Shown here one piece after another: positions 1-8,090 of a stretch of DNA of 32,000 nt. Below the pieces are notes generated by a model. The model was not told the DNA's origin. It saw only the letters and a list, made by a program, of their open reading frames with translations, and made no database searches. The DNA lies in assembly GCA_005191425.1 (NCBI GenBank), contig SUPR01000027.1, forward strand, positions 1 to 32,000, in the 5' to 3' direction. This DNA comes from Candidatus Helarchaeota ASGARD archaeon Hel_GB_B. Its GTDB lineage: Archaea > Asgardarchaeota > Lokiarchaeia > Helarchaeales > HEL-GB-B. The number at the start of each line of letters is the position of its first letter. Within the stretch, counting starts at the first letter, position 1. The position numbers and the translations under genes are program-made.

Positions 1-792
1 CTTCACTGCAGCTTCAATAGCATCCATTACATCTTGGAAAGACCCCAATAAATTTAAGCCCCACTGTATTATCATGTTTATTAAATTGACTATGAAGTTT
101 GCAATTGCCACTATAACATTATAGAGCAGCTGAATTACATTCTGCCAGAACTGGACGAACGCCTGCCATAAGGTTTTTGGCATTAGTCCTTGTGGCGAAT
201 TTTTCATTATAGAGCCGTCAAATGGTATTAATTCGAGCACTTCGGGGGCGACTCCGGACAGCTCTGCTACCACCCTCGTATAATTGTATATGACACCTTC
301 TGTCTCGTTGGCACTGATCTGGCATAGTTCTAATATTTGCATTGCTTCAGAAACTGGCACTGCCTCTTTTGTTATTATCGACTCCACGTATTGGTTAATG
401 CTTTCAGAACCACGGTCAATTCCCGAGAAATTAGCTGCCTTCAAGTAGTCTGAGAGTTTATTTAAGCCTAATTGTCCCGTAGTATCATTTACCGCTTGTT
501 CAATTATCGCGTGTAGTTTTGTGTCGGCGAAGAGTGGGACTGGTACCATTATTACGTTAATTCCGCTATCAAATACCTCATTAGACCCGTCAACGTCCCG
601 TATTATTAAGTTCATGCGCTCAATTGACGGGTAATGCCCATCATTAAAAGACACATTGGAATATACCGCGATTGTATTTACTTTCGGTAGTGGTATGGTA
701 TCCACTTTAAATTTAAGCCAGTTATTACCCGCAATGCTCGTGAAATTTTGGGAATTGTTGTTATTATCATTAGTAATCAACTTCCGATGCTT
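1..792 (-). pseudogene. Apparently 5'-truncated fragment of a secreted/surface glycoprotein-like gene, running off the left edge
   Basis: Not in the ORF track; translated by hand. Stop-free frame from 792 to 1 (KHRKLITNDNNNNSQNFTSIAGNNWLKF...PKTLWQAFVQFWQNVIQLLYNVIVAIANFIVNLINMIIQWGLNLL...EAAVK). Possible TTG start at 780. About 7 N-x-S/T sequons, no signal peptide, preceded in frame by TAG TAA (798-793). GC about 40% by eye. Confidence 0.6.
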
Positions 793-1223
793 TTACTACC
801 TGGAACTCTCCACACAAACAGTCCCCGACTTTAATTTCTCACCACTTTTTAATACCCTCCAGAATAAATTTTCAGACCTCCCTGCGATTATCGGGCCTGC
901 TTTTATTTCCTCTACTACATCTTCGACCAGATCAGGAAACCGACGAACTGTAAAATGAAAATCTAAAATTAATTTCAAGGACTATACAGTTCAATTATCA
1001 TTTAAAATCGAATAGCTTCTTGAACATACTAAACTTTTGTTCAACAAGGTGTCTAAGTCGGAATGTTTTTATTCGAGGAGTAATATTTTTCATCAGTAAA
1101 AGAAGAATTTGTAAAAAGTTAAAAATAGTCATTTATTAGTAATTTCATGTATTTAATTTTATTAACTTTAAAATTATATTGAACTAATTAAATTGTAAAT
1201 TGTTTTATAATAAATTTTAATGG

Positions 1224-1892
1224 ATGATATCAATGTATAACGCAGAGCAAATGAATTATCAAATTAAATTTAGTAATCAAGAACTTAAGGATTTATTTAT
1301 AGCAGTTGGAGCTTTAACACTGATGTTTACGTTAATGAATATAAATATATTTAATTTGTTTCTTTATTTTACATTAGACAATATAGTAATTTTTCTTTTT
1401 GTAATTTTTGAATGTTTTGTTGGTGCATTTACAGGTTTTTTTTTACATGAGTTAGGACACAAGTTTACTGCCCAAAAATTTGGGTGTTGGGCTGAATTTA
1501 GGGTAAATTATTCGGGATTATTATTGGGATTATTATTTTCGTTATCGGGGTTTTTTATATTTTTTGTACCTGGTGCGGTTTACATTAAAGGAGATATTGA
1601 TTTAGAGAAAAATGGTAAAATTTCATTGATGGGTCCTCTTACGAATTTGATAATTGGTGGTTTATCATTTGGGGTTTATTGGCTTATTCGCATTTTTAAT
1701 TTAACGTATTATTTTTTATTTCTTTATGATTTAACCTATTTTGTTTCTACTATAAACATATCACTAGCACTTTTTAATCTTATACCTTTTGGACCTTTAG
1801 ATGGAAAAAAGATTTTTAATTGGAATAGATCGCTTCTAATTTTCTTGCTAATTGGTTCGATTGTTTTAATGATATTAATTTATATATTTTAA
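1224..1892 (+). CDS. Site-2 protease family (peptidase M50) membrane zinc metalloprotease
   Basis: HELGH zinc motif in a hydrophobic segment, GPLTN, and NLIPFGPLDG (NxxPxxxLDG third ligand); multiple TM segments. True start may be a downstream Met. Confidence 0.9.
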   Translation: MISMYNAEQMNYQIKFSNQELKDLFIAVGALTLMFTLMNINIFNLFLYFTLDNIVIFLFVIFECFVGAFTGFFLHELGHKFTAQKFGCWAEFRVNYSGLLLGLLFSLSGFFIFFVPGAVYIKGDIDLEKNGKISLMGPLTNLIIGGLSFGVYWLIRIFNLTYYFLFLYDLTYFVSTINISLALFNLIPFGPLDGKKIFNWNRSLLIFLLIGSIVLMILIYIF

Positions 1893-1931
1893 AATAAATA
1901 TGTAAATTTATAAAAGTTTTAAAAGATAAAA

Positions 1932-2591
1932 ATGCAAGATATTATTGTATTATCTGATCAAATCTTAGTTTATGTAAATTCGATAGTATTTTGGGTATGT
2001 GCTATAGTATTCTGGGCTAAATCAAAGAAATCTGAATTAAAATCGCAGAAGAGATTCTTTATTGGGATTTCATTTTTTTTCATATTTTGGGGTATTATGA
2101 GAATAATGTTTATATTTTCTAATTATTATTATGAAATCGATTTATCTTTATATTCATTTTATTGGAAAATTGCTTCTACTATAGGGATTGGTGGACTACT
2201 TTCGATTTTAATTGTATTAGAAATATATATGGTCAAATCTAAATTTATTTTTTCGATAATTACATTTATTGGGTTATTACTTGCAATAATCCTTCCAATA
2301 AATGGAACTGAAATTTCTGGCGCCAGACTTGCAACTTACATTTTTCTCCCTACGGGAGCTCTTTCCATCCTTGGGCTTTATATATATCTTTATATCAAAT
2401 TATCAGGTAGAGCTCGACATGAAACTGGTATAATAGCTTGGGGACTAACCTTAATTTTTTTAGGTTATACTTTAACTATCGAATTAATTAAACACATATT
2501 TAATACAGAGTTAATAAGCCCAATAGCTTCAGTTGTAATGATTTGTGGCGCTTTACTCTACACAACTATGTACTATTTTAAGAAAGCCTGA
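1932..2591 (+). CDS. Polytopic membrane protein with about 7 predicted TM helices, unknown function
   Basis: Seven hydrophobic stretches of about 20 aa separated by short charged loops; no soluble domain. Confidence 0.75.
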   Translation: MQDIIVLSDQILVYVNSIVFWVCAIVFWAKSKKSELKSQKRFFIGISFFFIFWGIMRIMFIFSNYYYEIDLSLYSFYWKIASTIGIGGLLSILIVLEIYMVKSKFIFSIITFIGLLLAIILPINGTEISGARLATYIFLPTGALSILGLYIYLYIKLSGRARHETGIIAWGLTLIFLGYTLTIELIKHIFNTELISPIASVVMICGALLYTTMYYFKKA

Positions 2592-2598
2592 AATCTAT

Positions 2599-3816
2599 TT
2601 AATATCGAACGATTTCAATTGTAAAGTCATTATCTGACTTCTTTAGCATTTTAGATATACTACCATGTTTTGAAATTACTCTTAACATCCTTTCTATTTT
2701 TTTAATTTCTATTGTTGATATTGATCTATCTGCATATATAATCCATTTTTTCAAAGGCTCGTTAAATCCAACGTAGGCACCCGAAGTAGGTAAACTTTTC
2801 AGTTCAATCAAATTATTGTTTCTAATTTTAAAATAAATAACTTTATGACCATTTTTTTTATCCCCATATTTCGGTCGTTCTGGGATAACTGAATAATTCT
2901 TATTTTCTATTCCGTATTTTATAAGATTTAAATTATCAAGTTGCTTTTCATAACGTTCTTTCATAAATATAATTTCATCATTCAGTTCGGTATTTTCTTT
3001 CTCTAGTTTTTCGATTTTTTGTTCTAATTCTTTGATTTTTCTGATGCTTTCCTTCTTAATTTCAAAATTTTGTTTTTCAAGGTTTTCAATTTCAGTTAAT
3101 AATGTATTTTTTTCCTCCAATAATTTGGAATTTTCATTTTGAAAGGATTTTGAAATTTCATTTAATTCTGATTTATATGAATTTATTTCATTTTTTAGAA
3201 AAGAATTTTCTTGAGTTAATTTTTCGATCTCTTTTTGTAAATTTTCAATCTTTTTATCTTCTAAAAAATTTTTATTATTTTCTAATTCGTGTATTTTCTT
3301 CAAATAATATTCCTTTTCTTTAGACAATTTCTCTATGTATTCATTTTCTTGTTTTTTTAGTTGTTCCTTTAATTCATTAATAATTTTTTCATAGGATTTT
3401 TTTTGGTCATTAAGTTGCCTATCTTTTTCAATTTTTAGATATTCGATCTTTTTTTCATAATCTACACTAATCTCTTCAATTCCAGAAATAAAACCAGAAT
3501 GATCCACCGATTTCTTTTTCAATTCTAGGATTCTTTTTTGCAGAAACTCAGTAGATTCTTTAAGTTCTTGTTTTTCTTTTTCAAGTTTTTTAACTTTTTC
3601 TTCTATTTCACTATTTTTTATTTTGAGATCGTGAATATTATTTTTATATTCTGCAATAGTAGAATTTAAATTTGATATTTGTTGATTTTTTTCATTAATA
3701 ATTTTATTTAGTTCTAAAATTCTTTTTTCAGTAGTTTGTTCTAAAAATATTAATTTTTGGTTTAATTCTTCCAAATTATTTATCAACGCATTACCTCTAA
3801 CATTATTTGAATTCAT
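2599..3816 (-). CDS. Long coiled-coil protein with small C-terminal alpha/beta domain (possibly gelsolin-like)
   Basis: About 300 aa of E/K/L/N heptads, then a globular tail VIYFKIRNNNLIELKSLPTSGAYVGFNEPLKKWIIYADRSISTIEIKKIERMLRVISKHG. The CDS is well supported; the domain call is tentative. Confidence 0.75.
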   Translation of the reverse strand: MNSNNVRGNALINNLEELNQKLIFLEQTTEKRILELNKIINEKNQQISNLNSTIAEYKNNIHDLKIKNSEIEEKVKKLEKEKQELKESTEFLQKRILELKKKSVDHSGFISGIEEISVDYEKKIEYLKIEKDRQLNDQKKSYEKIINELKEQLKKQENEYIEKLSKEKEYYLKKIHELENNKNFLEDKKIENLQKEIEKLTQENSFLKNEINSYKSELNEISKSFQNENSKLLEEKNTLLTEIENLEKQNFEIKKESIRKIKELEQKIEKLEKENTELNDEIIFMKERYEKQLDNLNLIKYGIENKNYSVIPERPKYGDKKNGHKVIYFKIRNNNLIELKSLPTSGAYVGFNEPLKKWIIYADRSISTIEIKKIERMLRVISKHGSISKMLKKSDNDFTIEIVRY

Positions 3817-3934
3817 TACATTTTTTCATTTTTTAATAATTTTTGTAAAAAATATATCTAATTTATTAAGAATTGAAAAATTAGGTTAAAATTTTTATAG
3901 AAAAATCAGACAGCAAAAGTTTTTTTTAAAATTT

Positions 3935-5776
3935 TTAGTGAGTTTTCTTAATTTTGCCATATAATTTTTCAATACCATTTTTAAAAGTCAATAACATTTG
4001 ATAAAAATCTTTTCTTTCCTCTTTATCTTCAAAAATATGCTTAATTTTAATATATTTATTAAAAATTGATGAAAAATTTTTAAGAATAATGATATAATCT
4101 ATTAAAAATAAAATGGTCTTAGGTGGTACTTTTTCAAAATCAGTGAAATTCTCAATATATTCATTAAAACTTGAGCATTTATCTTTAATTTTTGTGATAA
4201 CTTGTAAAATTAACGGAGATTTCTTAAATAATAATTCCAATTCGATTAAGTCGTTATTGATTTCGGCATAATTGTAATTTTTGATAATAAAATCTTTAAA
4301 TTTAATATAATTTTCAACGATAATCTCTTTATTTTTTAAAATCATCTTTTTGATTTCAGAATAAAGTTCATTTATAATATAATTATCCGTTAATTTTTCT
4401 AAATAGATCGGGATTTGTGGAAATAAGATTTTAGGATGTAATTTTAAGATGTTCCTTATTATTTCAATAATATCAGTACGGGAACTTTCATATTCTAATA
4501 AATTAAAAAGGTCAAGAATATATTCATATAATAAATGTGGATATCTCAGTGAAATGTTTAATAATATATCTGTAATATCAGCTCTTATTTCGTTAATGGA
4601 GAAAAAATCCAATAATAATTCTATATTATCCTTAAATAAATCTGGATTTTTGCGTCCTATAATTTTTAATAATTCAATTGCCTCGAATTTTAGGTTTTCA
4701 TTTTTTATTAGATTGATAATTTCTGAAATATTATTTTTAATTAATTCAGGCTCATCATATGTAATATTTCTTAATATCCCCCATAAATTTAAGCGATAAT
4801 TAAAATCTTTATCGTATAAAAGTTTTATTAAATGAGCAATTTCGTCTTTAAAAAAGGACGGATTTGTTTCACTTATATTCCTTAGCAATCTTGCTAAATC
4901 TAATTTAACTTCCTGGATATTTAATTTTTCAATAATAAAATGGACGTGCGATTGAAATAAGCGCGGTATTTGGACAAGATTCATTAGTATTTCTACAATA
5001 TCAAATCTAAATATTTCTAAATCTAGAAAAGAAATTAACCTATGAATATATTTTTCAAAATATAGTGCATTAGATTTTGAGATATTTTTAAGAATATCAA
5101 TAATATACAATTGAATAGATTCATTTTCTAATGAATCGATCAAATATCCCATCGAATCTCTAAAAATTTCAGGAGCATTTTCACTAAAAGATGTTAATAA
5201 ATCAATTGGATCTAAATTGTCTTTATTTATATCTTTTTGAATTATTTCCTTATAATTAGATAGTAAGTTATCATAAATATTTACGATATTTATATCTTGA
5301 TTTTCTATTTCTTTAATTAATGATTCAATTGGATCTAAAATTTTTTCTGGAAATTTGCTTTTTAAATCCTTATAAATTCCAATTAAATCTGGTTTAACAA
5401 TACTCCCATTCAATTCATCAATAACTTTTTTGAAATTTTCAATTTCATCTACAAAAACATGTGGATCTTTCTCTAAAATATTTTCAAGAATAGAAAGTAT
5501 GTCTAATTGTATATTTTCGATTTTTAAACATGATAACAATAGTGTTATAGAACCCTCAAATACTTCAGGATTATTAACAGATACTTGATCAAAAATATCC
5601 AGAATGTATAATTGATAATCTGGAATATTTAATAAATCAAAAAAATCCTTTAAAAAATCTGTCAAAAGAAGAGGATTCTTTAAAACAATTTGTTCTAATT
5701 TCTTAAAAAGTTCTTTTATTTCATTAAATTTTAAATTTTTCTGTTTTAAATTATCAATAATTGAATTTATGTCCAT
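3935..5776 (-). CDS. HEAT/ARM-like alpha-solenoid repeat protein
   Basis: Recurring ~35-aa helix-pair units of the form P..F...I..LI..L....I...I..IL.NIS..NP (e.g. NPSFFKDEIAHLIKLL, NPDLFKDNIELLLDFF, YPHLLYEYILDLFNLL). Confidence 0.8.
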   Translation of the reverse strand: MDINSIIDNLKQKNLKFNEIKELFKKLEQIVLKNPLLLTDFLKDFFDLLNIPDYQLYILDIFDQVSVNNPEVFEGSITLLLSCLKIENIQLDILSILENILEKDPHVFVDEIENFKKVIDELNGSIVKPDLIGIYKDLKSKFPEKILDPIESLIKEIENQDINIVNIYDNLLSNYKEIIQKDINKDNLDPIDLLTSFSENAPEIFRDSMGYLIDSLENESIQLYIIDILKNISKSNALYFEKYIHRLISFLDLEIFRFDIVEILMNLVQIPRLFQSHVHFIIEKLNIQEVKLDLARLLRNISETNPSFFKDEIAHLIKLLYDKDFNYRLNLWGILRNITYDEPELIKNNISEIINLIKNENLKFEAIELLKIIGRKNPDLFKDNIELLLDFFSINEIRADITDILLNISLRYPHLLYEYILDLFNLLEYESSRTDIIEIIRNILKLHPKILFPQIPIYLEKLTDNYIINELYSEIKKMILKNKEIIVENYIKFKDFIIKNYNYAEINNDLIELELLFKKSPLILQVITKIKDKCSSFNEYIENFTDFEKVPPKTILFLIDYIIILKNFSSIFNKYIKIKHIFEDKEERKDFYQMLLTFKNGIEKLYGKIKKTH

Positions 5777-6331
5777 AAATTATCATTATACTTATTATTC
5801 TTTAAAATAAAAAACTTATCTTTTCTATTAAAATGTAGTCTAACGATAATCAAAAAATTGCTCTAAGTTTCTATTGAACTATTTATGGTTTAAAAATTTA
5901 GAAGAATTTTTACGTAAATGATGTATCTATTAGAAAGATAAAAGAAATTAAATAAATTTTATTAAAAATACATTAAAATAAATTAAAAATATACAAATAA
6001 ATTAAGATGGTAATAATATTTTGAATAAAAATTGGTTTTATTTAATTGATATGATTAATAGAATCCAATAAATTCTAAAATTTAAGATTATAAAAATAAT
6101 AAATCAAATTGGCTGGTTATTTCTCAATAAATTTAACAAATTTTTGTCCGAATTTTAAAAATTTGCAATTCAAAAAAAGATTTTCAACAGATATATTTTA
6201 AAATATTTCAATAAATTAATTTGCCTAAAAATTTTTATTAAAAAATTTAATATCTCCTTTAGAATTACATTTATAAAATTATGAAAAGTTTATTTAAATT
6301 AGAATATTAAGTTTTTATTCGAGAATTAATT

Positions 6332-8062
6332 ATGTTTAAAATTCGGTGGTATAAAATCGAACTAGATGGCATTCTTGAAGATCTAAGAAAAGATGACCTC
6401 CAGAAAATAGAGGAGGCAACAAAAAAATTATTAGATTTAGATAAAGAAGATTTTGAAAATTATGGTTTTGATGATGCTATCAATAAGATCTTTGAAATTA
6501 TAGAATTATTTGAAGATATTGAATCAAAAAGACCGGAATTTTGGAAAAGGCTTAAAGATAAAAAAAAGATAGAGAAATGGGATAAAATAATAGAAAATAT
6601 TCGAGATAAATTGCGCGACCTTGATTTAACTTCTTATGATTTAAATGATAAGGGAATTGAAGCTCAAGATAAAGATGATGATGACCGGGCTTTAATTTAT
6701 TATAAACAAGCAGTATTATTAGACCCAAATTATCGGTGGAGTTGGTACAACCTTGGTAATGTATATCGAAATAAAGATAATAATGAAAAAGCAATAGAAT
6801 GTTATAAAAAAGCGGTGAAAATTTACCCTGACTATGGAGATGCTTGGAACAATATGGGTAATGCATATAGCGATTTAGATAAATTAAATGATGCATTAGA
6901 AGTCTATGAAAAAGCTGCAAGTATTGAGTCATATGAAAATAGGAATTTTCCGATATATAATATAGGGCTTATTTATGAAAAAAAAGGCGATAAACATAAA
7001 GCATTAGAGTATTTTAAAAAAGCATTGGAAGTTAAAGGAGACTATGCTAAAGCCCAGTATAATGCTGGTAGAATTTTATATGAGATGGGAAATATTTTAG
7101 AGGCCCAAAAATATTTTACTTTAGCATTAACGAATGATTTTGAAAATTATTATAAAGATATTGCTGAATTTAATATAAATGTATATAATTTACTTGCTAA
7201 ACATTTAATTAACGATTTTATTGATTTCAAGAACTTAAATGTTGACATTATCCAAAAAGATGTCAAAGAGATAATTAAAAATATTTTTTCAAGGAATTAT
7301 TTTGGCGAAAAAGAAATCAATTTTTTATTAAATGATCCAGAATATATTAAAAATTGGAAAAAAAGCTTTACCACAGGGAAAGCTGAAATTATTGAAAATT
7401 TTATAAATAATTGTCTTGCTTCTATTTTTATTAGTAAGGATGAAGATCTTTTAAATGGTTGGATAAATGAAGATATTAGTAAAATGTTAAATAATAATGA
7501 AATTGATTATGAGTTTTTAAGAATAGAACTGATCTTAAAATTCATTAATAATTTTCCTGGAGATGAATTATCTCAAAATATTAGAGATAAATTAAATTCT
7601 GTAATTATTGAGAGTTATGATTATTTTAAAAAGACATTTAGACTTATCCGGAATTATATTTTATCTCATAATATTAATTCAGCTGAAGAATATATTGATA
7701 AATTTTTAGATCAAATAGAAAATGAAGAGATAAAGACAAAATATAGGAAGGAATATGTAGCAACAACTATAAAAATTTCTGAATTTTTAAGAGATTACGC
7801 ATTAATCAATAATAATTTACTCTTTATAAATTTAAATGAAAAAATAATTTTGTGGTTATTGGAGAATTTAGATAATAGAGATGCTTCAATTGAAGTTGCA
7901 TTTTTTTTATTAGAATCGGTCGACTTATTTTATAAGAATAAAAAATTTGAGACCAGTTTAAAATGCGCAATAAAAGCAAAAGAATTTTTTAACAAGTTGG
8001 AATTTATTAAGGATTCTCAAAAAGTCGAAAAAATTATTAAAAAAATTGAGATATTAAATTAA
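6332..8062 (+). CDS. Tetratricopeptide repeat protein
   Basis: About five 34-aa TPRs (WYNLGNVY...KAIECYKKAVKIYP; AWNNMGNAY; YNIGLIY...KALEYFKKAL; YNAGRILY), flanked by helical N- and C-terminal regions. Confidence 0.9.
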   Translation: MFKIRWYKIELDGILEDLRKDDLQKIEEATKKLLDLDKEDFENYGFDDAINKIFEIIELFEDIESKRPEFWKRLKDKKKIEKWDKIIENIRDKLRDLDLTSYDLNDKGIEAQDKDDDDRALIYYKQAVLLDPNYRWSWYNLGNVYRNKDNNEKAIECYKKAVKIYPDYGDAWNNMGNAYSDLDKLNDALEVYEKAASIESYENRNFPIYNIGLIYEKKGDKHKALEYFKKALEVKGDYAKAQYNAGRILYEMGNILEAQKYFTLALTNDFENYYKDIAEFNINVYNLLAKHLINDFIDFKNLNVDIIQKDVKEIIKNIFSRNYFGEKEINFLLNDPEYIKNWKKSFTTGKAEIIENFINNCLASIFISKDEDLLNGWINEDISKMLNNNEIDYEFLRIELILKFINNFPGDELSQNIRDKLNSVIIESYDYFKKTFRLIRNYILSHNINSAEEYIDKFLDQIENEEIKTKYRKEYVATTIKISEFLRDYALINNNLLFINLNEKIILWLLENLDNRDASIEVAFFLLESVDLFYKNKKFETSLKCAIKAKEFFNKLEFIKDSQKVEKIIKKIEILN

Positions 8063-8090
8063 TTCAGGAGCAATTGAGTTTGAACCAAAT

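Noticed and set aside
656-958. 100-aa plus-strand ORF
   Set aside because: Antisense shadow of the minus-strand frames; no motif.
1020-1044. Inverted repeat TTGAACA-N11-TGTTCAA near the GC shift (possible IS end or operator)
   Set aside because: Only 7 bp; no transposase, matching second end or target duplication found.
1058-1068. 11-mer TCGGAATGTTT shared with 24608-24618
   Set aside because: A single short match that does not extend; could be chance or a BRE/TATA-like element.
1932-2591. Rhodopsin or GPCR assignment for the 7TM protein
   Set aside because: No retinal-binding Lys in helix 7 and no GPCR motifs; TM count alone is insufficient.
3102-3323. Short ORFs overlapping larger genes (also 4449, 6552, 8144, 12242, 12661, 18728, 19809, 22040, 23967, 27593, 29412)
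   Set aside because: Opposite-strand shadows of well-supported CDS with no recognisable motifs.
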